A stretch of DNA of 64,000 bases from Eledone cirrhosa (Eukaryota): the NCBI GenBank assembly GCA_964016885.1, contig OZ024742.1, positions 186,930,001 through 186,994,000 on the forward strand, given 5' to 3'. Shown here piece after piece: positions 12,872-24,318 of the stretch; the stretch's first letter is position 1, and each line of letters starts with the position of its first letter. The notes under the pieces are model-generated. The model did no database searches. It was not told where the DNA came from and saw only the letters and a program-made list of their open reading frames with translations. The position numbers and the translations under genes are program-made.

Positions 12872-14511
12872 CAGGTCACCGGTTTTGTGCAGTGCCTTTG
12901 CTCACTAAAAAAGCTTCACGGCACAGGCATTGCTTTATATCTGGAGATCTCTCTGCACTTGTCGTCACATGGTACCATTGGCCCAGCACTATGTGTCAAT
13001 AATTGTCACAAGTGCAGTGTTTGTACCAGCGTTTTCAAGTCGCTGGCTGGACTAAGTTACACTCGTCAGCGCATCAGTAGGGGTTCTCCTACATGGATAT
13101 AAAGTAGTGGCCGTACTCGAAAACGAGTTGGCAGCCACCATGTATGTATGCATGTATGTATGTATGTATGTATGTATGTATGTATGTATGTATGTATGTA
13201 TGTATGTATGTATATATGTATGTATGTCAGGTCACCGGTTGGTGCTACTGGTAACATGTATCCCAGTACAACCTGTCCCATGGTCAGGTCGTTGGCGACT
13301 AAACTGGCAACGCCACCAATGTTTCTTGGTGAGGTGGGTGACTTTGGACATCCTGCAGGACTAAAAACAAAACCTGTCAAAGGGCAAAGGAGCTCTTAAG
13401 AGTCAATGGCCATCCAAAATCATCGGGAGAGATGACCCCTTAGCCTTTGTCAAGGCAGAATTCTAGGAGAAGGAAAACTCTGATATAACACCTGCAACCC
13501 TGATGGTATCCAATGATGTTGACTTGTTCTTTTTTTTTGTAAATATCATCTTGGTTAAGAGAGTGGGACTGGCTTTGTGCAGTGCCTTTGCTCACTAGAA
13601 AAGCTTCACGGCACAGGCATTGCTTTATATTTGGAGATCTCTCTGCACTTGTCGTCACATGGTACCATGGGCCCAGCACTATGTGTCAATAATTGTCACA
13701 AGTGCAGTGTTTGTACCAGCGTTTTCAAGTCGCTGGTTGGACTAAGTTACACTCGTCAGCGCATCAGTAGGGGTTCTCCTACATGGATATAAAGTAGTGG
13801 CCGTACTCGAAAACGAGTTGGCAGCCACCATGTATGTATGCATGTATGTATGTATGTATGTATGTATGTATGTATGTATGTATGTATGTATGTATGTATG
13901 TATGTCAGGTCACCGGTTGGTGCTACTGGTAACATGTATCCCAGTACAACCTGTCCCATGGTCGGGTCGTTGGCGACTAAACTGGCAACGCCACCAATGT
14001 TTCTTGGTGAGGTGGGTGACTTTGGACATCCTGCAGGACTAAAAACAAAACCTGTCAAAGGGCAAAGGAGCTCTTAAGAGTCAATGGCCATCCAAAATCA
14101 TCGGGAGAGATGACCCCTTAGCCTTTGTCAAGGCAGAATTCTAGGAGAAGGAAAACTCTGATATAACACCTGCAACCCTAATGGTATCCAATGATGTTGA
14201 CTTGTTCTTTTTTTTTGTAAATATCATCTTGGTTAAGAGAGTGGGACTGGCTTTGTGCAGTGCCTTTGCTCACTAGAAAAGCTTCACGGCACAGGCATTG
14301 CTTTATATTTGGAGATCTCTCTGCACTTGTCGTCACATGGTACCATGGGCCCAGCACTATGTGTCAATAATTGTCACAAGTGTAGTGTTTGTACCAGAGT
14401 TTTCAAGTCGCTGGCTGGACTAAAAAGTCACACTCGTTCAGCGCATCGGTAGGGGTTCTCCTACATGGATATAAAGTAGTGGCCGTACTCGAAAACGAGT
14501 TGGCAGCCACC
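12872..14511 (+). mobile_element. Three tandem bipartite non-autonomous RTE elements (12872-13140 internally deleted; 13228-13830; 13906-14511)
   Basis: Each begins CAGGTCACCGG right after (TATG)n and ends GGCAGCCACC(ATGT)n. Each keeps the last C2H2 finger, intact in unit 3 (CSVCTRVFKSLAGLKSHTRSAH). Units 2 and 3 also carry the RTE 5'UTR motif CTAGGAGAAGGAAAACTC. Confidence 0.85.
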
Positions 14512-15094
14512 ATGTATATATGTATGTATGTATGCATGTATGTATATATATATGTATGCATGCATGTATATATATATATATATGCATGCATTTATATATG
14601 TATGTATGTATGCATGTATGTATATATATATATATATATGTATGCATGCATGTTTATATGTATGTATGAAAATATTTTCGTATGTATTTATTCATATGCT
14701 CATGTGTTACTGCTTATAGTTTTCATACAAAATGATTTTTATATTTAGTCCAATCTCTCATAAACACAGTAAACATTGAAAAGAGCTGATCATGTATAAA
14801 TATGTTGATTTCATTCTGTCTCTTCATTGTAATACGGATATCCATCAAATCTGACGATATTTCATGCTCACGATTGGTTCTTTTCTCTCTCTAATGTAGG
14901 GCGCCATTTTCTGAATGAAAAAAATATCGTGTCCATTTGGCAGCAGACTGGAAAAAACTGGAGACAGGCATAAATATAACACGTCTTTTATCATTTAGGT
15001 GCATTTATATTTCATAAATATATGCTGTTTGCAAATAAGTATTTAGAATCTGTTTTTAGAATTGTATAAATACATATATACATTCATAAATTGT

Positions 15095-15167
<73 letters not shown>

Positions 15168-15169
15168 CG

Positions 15170-15735
15170 TTTCTGAATTTGCTTAGCAAGATTCTTTTTC
15201 TGAAAACGTACGTTGAAATCGATATTGTTATGCTTTGGGAGGGTCATATTGCCAATAAGAAACACACGCACCAGTTGCTTTCACTCCAATTCATTATAAA
15301 TTAAATTTATAAATTTAAGAATTTATAAATTTCCGGTTGGTTCGTTGGTTCCACAACCGGACGGTTGTTCATATATTGTCAAGTATATACTTTCAGACGT
15401 TCAATCACCTGGCAGGAAAATATACGTTAGCTAATGATAGCTAATAAGCTTGAAACTAGTACATCGTTCCTTTGTCAGTGTTGAACAAATGAGCAACGAT
15501 GGTTGCTAGACACTGTATGGCTTAATTCGGGATGTTTGTTTACAAACACACCGAGCATTATAATAAATGTTCGGTGAATCCATACGTACATATATATATA
15601 TGTGTGCATGTATGTGTATATATACATACTACTGTACGTCTGTATACATATGTGTATGTACGTATACATACTTATATTTAAGTAACAGCCGTACTAAGAG
15701 TGAGAAATGAAATTTCGTTTCATTTTTTCCGTTTA
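15170..15735 (+). mobile_element. Solo PLE pLTR with decayed hammerhead (15428-15468)
   Basis: Homologous to 49560-50085. The motif reads CTAATGA-TAGCTAATAAGCTT-GAAA-CTAG-TA-CATCGTT. (TA)n flanks. Confidence 0.65.
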
Positions 15736-16526
15736 TATATATATATATATATATATATACTCTATTCCTGTGGAAGTCACTTCTATATAAAATGAAAAAT
15801 GAATATATTTCACTAATGTAGTGAGTACCCTTTTAGCTGTGGTTACCCCTATACAACTCAGAAATCTCCCTTGCTCTCTCTGTATGTATATAAAATAAAT
15901 ATATATAAACTGGAACTCCGTCGGTTTCGACGATGACTGTTCTAGCAGATACGATTAACGATGCCAATCGGCGCGATATGTTCTTGAGCAAGACAACTTA
16001 TGTCACGCTGAGCAGACAGGAACAAATACTGGAGCCGATATAATCAATTCACACCCTCAAATTACTGGACTTGTACCTATATTATGTGCCATCGTATATT
16101 TTCTGCCAGCTTGTTGGTTAGGGCAACAGTTAGTGCTAGGTGTTGAAGCTACCGTAATCCGCAATTCAGTTTTAATTCTCAGGGATGTCAATTTTTATTT
16201 GAGTGTATTTGGAATGATTATAACTGCCGAGAAACCTCCAATAAGATTCAACCTCATATGAGGCCAGCTAATCCTCTGGGCCCTAACAAAACAAAAGAAA
16301 AAAATGTTATTGACTGGCATTTTATTTTACTGATCCTGGAAGGATAAAAGAGAAAGGGATTTAAACTGAAAATCTGCGGGATTTGAACTGAAAGTGCAGA
16401 GAGTTGGAACGAAGGTCGACAAACATTCTAGTCGCTACCCTAACGATTCTGTGATATAATGTTAACGGGATCAACAACTAACTTAACTAAAGACGTCATC
16501 AGTTATCACCACAATGAAGGAGAGGA

Positions 16527-17277
16527 AGGGTGGTTAGATGTTATGATGAACTAACACCACATGAGGTAGGGGGAGGATCAGATGTTATGAGGAGCTAATA
16601 CTACATGAGGTAGAGGGAGGATAAGATATTATGAGGAGCTAATACCACATGAAAGAGAGAGAGGATCAGATGTTATGAGAAACTAATACGACATGAGGTA
16701 GAGGGAGGATCAGATGTTATGAGGAGTTAATACCACATGAGGTAGAGGGAGGATCAGATGTTATGAGGAGGTAACACCACATGAGGTAGGGGGAGGATCA
16801 GATGTTATTAGACGGTAATACCACATGAGGTAGAGGGAGGATCAGATGTTATGAGGAGGTAATACCACATGAAGGAGAGGGAGGATCAGATGTTATGAGG
16901 AGCTAATATCACATGGAGTAGAGGGAAGATCAGATGTTATGATGAACGAACACCACACGATGTAGAGGGAGGTTCAGATGTTATGATGAACTAATACCAC
17001 ATGAGGTAGAGGGATGATCAGATGTTATGAGGAGTTAATACCACATGAGGTAGAGGGAGGATCAGATGTTATGAGGAGGTAACACCACATGAGCTAGAGG
17101 GAGGATCATATGTTATTAGGAGCTAACACCACATGACGTAGAGAGAGGATCAGATGTTATGATGAGGTAATACCACATGGGGTAGAGGGAGGATCATATG
17201 TTATTAGGAGCTAACACCACATGATGTAGAGGGAGGATCAGCTGTTATGAGGAGCTAATACCACATGGAGTAGAGGT
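16527..17277. repeat. 44-bp minisatellite, ~17 copies
   Basis: Unit GAGGGAGGATCAGATGTTATGAGGAGCTAATACCACATGAGGTA. Confidence 0.95.
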
Positions 17278-17339
17278 GGGAATGTAAGCTGTCATGATCA
17301 GCAAACAAATAGCAAATTTAAGTACTTCACACGTTTATG

Positions 17340-17790
17340 GATGGAAATACTTGTATGCATCATCAGTACTGCACCCTGAACTTATTGGGTTTTACAACGT
17401 ACGCCCTCATCCGGGTGACCTGCCTGTGTCTAAGTGGAATACATACGACTGACCTCCGTCCGACCAACTCTCCTCTGTCATAACCACCTAGATGCCCTCT
17501 CTGCTGCTTCCATAACATTTTTCACGGTTCACTTCACCTCCTAGTTGAGGCCATAGTACCCACTGTTCTGTAAGCTTCCCTAAGGGAAACGAGCTGCAAG
17601 CCTTCGACTGTTCAACTTCAATGACAGGCACCAGTTTCTCACCCGTTCCTTCGACTGTCATCCATCAACTCCAGGTACTTTGTTTTCTATTCTTTACTGT
17701 GAATCCTACACCTTCTTCCCCCTTTCTCCAGGCAACAGTTAACTCTAATGAAACTAACTGTCTTGTCACCTCAGAAAGCAAAATGATGTT
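17340..17790 (-). mobile_element. HERO-like RLE non-LTR retrotransposon, 3' fragment
   Basis: Degenerate minus-strand ELTVAW... and VMEAAERASRWL motifs, followed by a 3'UTR with CCCAAT..CAGGGTGCAGTACTGATGATG. The family call is from recalled motifs. Confidence 0.6.
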
Positions 17791-19564
17791 TGGTCTCAAA
17801 AATATTTATATCACGTAACTATACCAGACAGAACATTCACAAACTAAAGCCACGTCAAACACAGATTTAGATTTATTACAATCACAGTCAACGAGCCAAA
17901 CTTTGTACGATTTCTTGAAATAGCAACTAAATCTCACCAAAATCACACGCTACCGTTTAAAAATATGGTAGGACATTGTGGAGCGTGTAATTCTAGATAT
18001 AGAAAAAGAAGGGATGGTCAAGGTTGAAATGCTTTTGCTTAAAGATCTACTTTAACGAATACCTGTAGCTCAGAATCAACAACAACATTATAGTATTAAT
18101 GGTTTCTGATTTAGGCATAAGGCTAACAATTTTGGCGGAGGGGAAAGTCGATTAATTCGACTCCAGTGCATTACTGGCACTTTATATTATCGACCCCGTA
18201 AGGATGAATGGCAAAGCTAACCTCGGTAGGATTTGAACTCAGACCGTAAAGGGACGTAACTCTATGCCATAAAGAATGTTGCCCGACGTTCTACCGATAC
18301 TACCATTCAACCGCCCTTATATTATAGTAATATTTATACAGGTACACTCCCGATTTTCCGGCACCCTTATTTCCCAGCCTGTGCCGGATTATTCATTTCA
18401 CTGCACTATATAATAATTCATTAGAAACATTACGAAGTCGGAAAAACAATCACTTTACCACTTAACTATAATATGTTTCAGGGACAAAAGCAGTTTGTGG
18501 CTGCGAGGCAAGTCGATTATATTGACCCCAGTACTTGACGGCTACTTTATATTCTACAGACCTTGAAGTGCAAAGATAACTTCAGAGAGATTTAAACTCA
18601 GAACATAAAAAGCTGGAACAAATTCCGCAAAATGTTTTGTAAAATTCTTTCACGATTTTGCCCATATACTACCAGTACTGGTATTTATTTGTTTTTAATT
18701 TAGACGCAAAACCAGGAATTTTGTGAGAAGCGAATGTTAATTAAATCGACCCCAGCTCTTGACTGATACTTTATTTTATCAACACTGGAATATCGAAGGG
18801 AAGATTTGATGTTGGTGGGATTTCAACTCAGAACGTAAAGAGACGGAACAAATACCGAAAAACCATTCTTCTCATGCTCTAACGACTATGTGAATCCTCC
18901 ACTGTTACACTAATTTAATATGATACATGCTACATAAAGCAGACAAATATGTAAGGAAATAAGTAATGTTAGAAAGTCCAGTAAATAAGTCGGTATGAAG
19001 CAATATTGACTACAGTTTGATATAGGAGCGCGTATCTGTCCCCTGTGAATGCTATAGGAAGCAGTCTCTATATATTATGCAAATAGAAGCCAAATAATGA
19101 CTACAACTACGTGTTGTGAATAAGATTATAAACTCTACTGGAATTAAGGAGTCCTTCGAGGAAAATGGTTGACGGTAATTGAAGAGAAAAAAATAAAATA
19201 AAACAACAAAATAAAACAAGAGCAACACAAAAAGAAAAATAACAAAAAAACAACACAAAAACAAAGCAAAAAAAAACATTATAAAGAGAAATGAAGAAAG
19301 ATAGTAAGAGCATAGTCAAGAAAGAAAGACTGAGAGAAAGTGAGGAAAGAATTTGAAGAGATATCGAGACAGAAATGTAGGTACAATATTAAAGAAAATA
19401 TAGAATGACGACCCCCCCCCCCCCCCAAAAAAAAACAATAACAACAACAACAACAACAACCCAATAAAAACAAAGAGGAGTTGATTCAGGGAAAGTAGAT
19501 CCGAATTAGATCAATAATGGGTAAGAAGTGATCAATAAAAATAGATATTTTAAAAATGCTGATT

Positions 19565-19965
19565 ACACTGGACCCGCATCTTACGCGGTCAATAAGTTTT
19601 CCCAAATAAGTTCGTGTTATTATTAAAACCGCATATGTTCAACACCCTTGTTTTAAAGTGTCAATATCTGTCCAAAGTCCATATTTTGGAGGAGGCCTAA
19701 CGCCAAGTTCATTAGAGAGTGGCAAATCTTCAGAAAATAATAATGAGGTAGATATTAGAGTTTTTTCTTACATTAGTTGATGCGGTTTCATGTGCAACAA
19801 GACGTTAAGAGTTCTTTTTACAGATTTTCTGAATAAAAGACGTCCGACCGTGTATATTTTAATCTGTGTTATTTAAAACCGCCTATGTTAAAAAATACTA
19901 TTTATAACTACGCATGTTAAGATAACACACTATTTCAAACCGCGTATGTTACGGACGCAATTTAA
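19565..19965. mobile_element. Degenerate Tc1/mariner-pogo-type MITE
   Basis: Imperfect terminal inverted sequences CCGCATCTTACGCGG / CCGCGTATGTTACGG and repeated subterminal AAACCGC motifs. Confidence 0.4.
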
Positions 19966-20453
19966 ACAACGTGGAAGCGTAATAACTGAGAAAATAAGAA
20001 GCGAAGAGGTTTAAATGCACTCATAAATGCCAACATGAAAAATGTGATAGCTAGATGGAAATAAAATAATAGGGAGAGAGATGAACAGATAAAAGAGAAG
20101 AAGAAGAAGAAGAAGAAGGAGGAGAAGGGGCAGGAGGAGGAGCAGGAGTAGAGGAGGGCAAGGTTTAATGATAATATATGTAGGGTGTGAGATAAAAATA
20201 TTTTATGTGATTTTAAAAGGAAACATTTGGTTGTTTTATATTTATATTTTTTTAAAATGAAAATTTCTATTAACGAAAAGAAAAGAAGAAAAAAAATGAG
20301 AAATGTTTATTTCTATTTTTGAGATCACTGAAACACACGCACGCACACACACACATATATATATATACATACACACAGACACGCACATATATATATATAA
20401 TATATATAAGTACATATATAAATATATATATAAATACATATACGTATATATAT

Positions 20454-20501
<48 letters not shown>

Positions 20502-20639
20502 ATACTTGGGGGGGGATGGTCATATTGTTATCATGTTGTCAGAAATAATAACAGCACACACTCACTGTTTGGTTTGGGTTGGTTTTCGCTTCTGTATCTT
20601 TTATATCTCCATAGTTAATTTATTTGGCAATCAATGTTT

Positions 20640-21785
20640 ATCATTGATTGACCAACCGTTAAAAATACAGATATAAATATATATATATAGTCTATAAAAG
20701 TTCTTTCGTAACACATCTGTATTATAAAGTTCATCCTATTTTAATTTTATTTATTTATTTATTTATTTATTTTTCATGTCTTTGTCTCTGCGTATGTGTT
20801 TGCGTGTGTGTTTAATGTTTGGTGTGTGTGTTCGCGTTTGGGTGTATATTCTTTTGTTTTCGTATTCTATCTTTGTTCACTAGTGTGTGTTTGTGTGTTA
20901 TTGTACTTGTGTATATTTATTTATTTATTTATATTTCCCTTAAGTCAGTAGTGTTTGTTTCGGTATGGTTGTTGTTGTTATTCCATTCGTTCATTCTGTT
21001 CAACTTCGGTCTTTTTTGTTCTATCTCAGTTGCTTCTCTGATTTGCCTACCTCTTGAGTCATTTCTATTCTTGGGTATTATTTTAATTACTATGTTGTCT
21101 ATATTACCGTCATGTCGTTGTCTGGCGTGTTCATATAGTACTGAACCTTTTTTTTGTCCTTTTAGTTTCCCCCCAGTGTTGGTCTATTCTTTCTCCTATG
21201 CTTCGAGGTGTCTCACCTATGTATGTCGTTGTCATGTTTCTACAAGTACCCTCTGTACATCTTATGCTATAGACTACATTTCTAGTTTTAGAATTTATCT
21301 GGGGGTTCATTCTACATATAACATATTTCTTATTCGTACAGTGGGTTTTCTTAAAGGGGTATGTCTTGTTGATCAGGGATTTTATGGTAGTTCCTGGCTT
21401 TTCTCCCACTTTAATCTTTAGATGGGTCTTTCTTAGGGCCTTTCTACATTGCTTAGCTAATTTTCCTCCAGGGGTAGCCTCCACGAACATGACACTCTGG
21501 TATCTCTGGTTGTCGTATAATGAAGTGGATTTCCCTATCTTATGTTTAGTTCTATCTAAGCTATTCCATGATTTGCTCCTGTATAATGGGCAAATTCCTT
21601 TCATGTCCATTTCTATGAGGGTCTTATATTTCTCCGTGGCTTCTCTTTGTATACTCTGATTATGTCTCTTTGGTTGTAGCCAGAGAACTGTATACGATGG
21701 ATGAAGTGTTGGATGTGTCTTTCCATTTCTGTTGGGTCACACATGCGGGACACATTGTTCATCGCTTTTGCCAAGTCTGCGATCA
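20640..21785 (-). mobile_element. Nematis-like PLE fragment (thumb, linker, GIY-YIG)
   Basis: FSGY, VMFVEATPGGKLAK..KVGEKPG..PF..C and NVVYSIRC..YIGETPRSIGERI..H. Confidence 0.75.
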
Positions 21786-22108
21786 GAATATTAAACTTAT
21801 ATATATATATATGCTGTGCGCCCTTCGAAGCACTCGATGCAGTTACGAGGTCTGACTCGAGAAAAAGTGGGGCCCCGGTCATTATGATTGTACCCTGAGC
21901 TGATTGATATTGAAACAATTGTAGTATGTTAATAAAGTTTCTATATATGCTGCGACAGTTACTTTGATTCTACTTAACTTATATATATAGTGCAGAGAGA
22001 CATGTTGCTCATCAGTATCTCATTTTCGCTAGCATCATACCAAGATGGTAATACGTTACCGGCGGCATATCTGCACACTTGCATAACGACACCTCATAAT
22101 TGTATGAA

Positions 22109-22182
22109 CATCTGATGATGTCACATGGAAACTATTAATGATATGACCATTGCATAACCATGTCATTGAAATATATATAATG
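22109..22182 (+). ncRNA. Type I hammerhead with long stem II
   Basis: CAT-CTGATGA-(TG..ACATGG...CCATGT CATT)-GAAA-TATATA-TA-ATG, followed by AATAAA. Confidence 0.7.
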
Positions 22183-22291
22183 CAATAAAACAATTATTTA
22201 AAAGTAACCCTGTCTTAACAACATTTCACACACACAAACACACACACATACACACATACTCATTCATTCACACACACGCACTCACTCACAC

Positions 22292-22384
<93 letters not shown>

Positions 22385-22914
22385 ACGAAGAAAATGTGGT
22401 AAGGAACCAGGTGGACCATAACGCATCAGAGTACTCTATACTTAGTGTAGTGGAGTGGGTAATAGGAAAAGAGTCAGGACCCCGACGGCTGAGGTCCGGC
22501 CGTTTCGACAGCTATATCCGAACTAAACCAGTTGTACTGCCGAAAAAAACGGCCGGAGCACAGATGTCGGGGTCCTGACTCTTGTTCTCTACATATATAT
22601 AACCTTAGCAATTCTTTCCCCCACATGATAACGATGGTAGTAACCAGGAAAGGTATCCTAGTATTAGCAGCGGTTTACACAATAGCACCACAGTAGAAAC
22701 TAACTGCTGCACCAGTAGTGAGACTGATGACACGTTTAGTAACCATAACAGCTCTAACAACGCCTGTAGAAGACGCTATAACATGAGATGTGGGCATGGC
22801 ACCACTTAGCGTGTTTATAGCTATAATAATGCCAACTACAATAGTAGTAGCTATGGTGTTGGTGATAATAATAATATTACGATTAATACCAACACTCACC
22901 ACCTTAGAGGTGAC

Positions 22915-24238
22915 CGTAATAAACATTGCAATTGTCGTAATCCCGCAAACTTTCCTCTCCGAGGCTACTGCCTGACTAAAAATGTTATCTATAGATGTAC
23001 GGTACTAGTCATAAAGGTATTAAGGATTACATAGGAGCTACCTCTGGGGCGTTCAAGACAAGATTTCGAGCACATCTCCACTCTTTTAGGAATAAGAGGC
23101 TTAGATATGCTACCTCCCTCGCTAACTATATTACCCAGTTAAATAACTCTAACATTAGCTTCACCTCTCATTGGGATATTGTGAATCAAGCACCACCATA
23201 CGATTTTTAAAAAAGCTGCCAACTCTGCCCAATGGAACTATACTATATAGTGCAAGCACCCCAGGACCTCATCAATAATCAGACTGAAACTGTCATCAAT
23301 TGCGGCCATAGACTACAGCAATCTTTCTATAAATGGATCCCCAACAAACACATAACGACCATAACACCTTAGGCTCTACACACCACAGCCTGGCCCGACT
23401 TACGGGCGGTGGACTTACCATTAAACAACTTGGAACAACACTATCATCCACCCTATATTTTCCCTCCAGGAAGCTGCACTGCATATATTCAGCTGGGCTT
23501 ACCCCGTTATATTCTTCCACACTACCAGACAGATCTTTGGGTAATTTTACAGAACCACCGCTTAAACCGAAGCAAGTTCTTAGACAACTGATCATATAAT
23601 TATACAAATTCCATCTAAAGTGACTTTACCTTTCTAGGCCTTTAAACTCACACTGAACTTGCCACATTGCACTAGTTATACATGTGTATAGTCTTAAATG
23701 ACTACTAATAATTTATACTCATACTCACACCTTAACACCGCCTCATTACATTGAGTTGACTAACCCTACTTACGTTAACTCCCTTTAAATAATAAATAAA
23801 ATTACTTACTATGCCGGTAGCGGTCATTAGTTTGACAAGTAACATTACACCAGCGGTAATTACCTCCCTTAGCATACAGGCAACTTTCCACCATTTTTCT
23901 ATACTCAACAACGTATATGTAAGATGCATTCTGATGTTAAAGTATTATTCTACCCGTATAGGGTATTTAATTAAAACTTTGCCTTTGTATCTGCCTCAGA
24001 CGAGCCCCATTGGGCGAAACATATGTAAGAGCTTTATAAAGATATATATTAACGGCTTGTAACTCTTTCATTAATCATTTTGCCTATCACCGCTCTGCTT
24101 ATCGTTGTACACTAAATATTAACCTTCTCTGATATTTAACCCTGATAACCCAAGCATCGAGCACTTATGCACCCGCTTTTAGCATGTAATACTCTGTATC
24201 GCACCTCTTTATATCTCCTCTTTCTATCCTCTTTTTAT

Positions 24239-24240
<2 letters not shown>
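22915..24240 (+). mobile_element. Naiad-like PLE 3' fragment with pLTR; decayed hammerhead at 23993-24031
   Basis: CNCRNPAN.PL..CLTKNVIYRC..DYIGAT..FKTRF.AH..SF and CQLC. The hammerhead reads CAGACGA-GCCC CATT GGGC-GAAA-CATATG-TA. Confidence 0.8.

Positions 24241-24310
<70 letters not shown>

Positions 24311-24318
<8 letters not shown>

Noticed and set aside
16527-17277. CRISPR-like array
   Set aside because: Contiguous 44-bp tandem units with no unique spacers, in a eukaryotic context with no cas genes.
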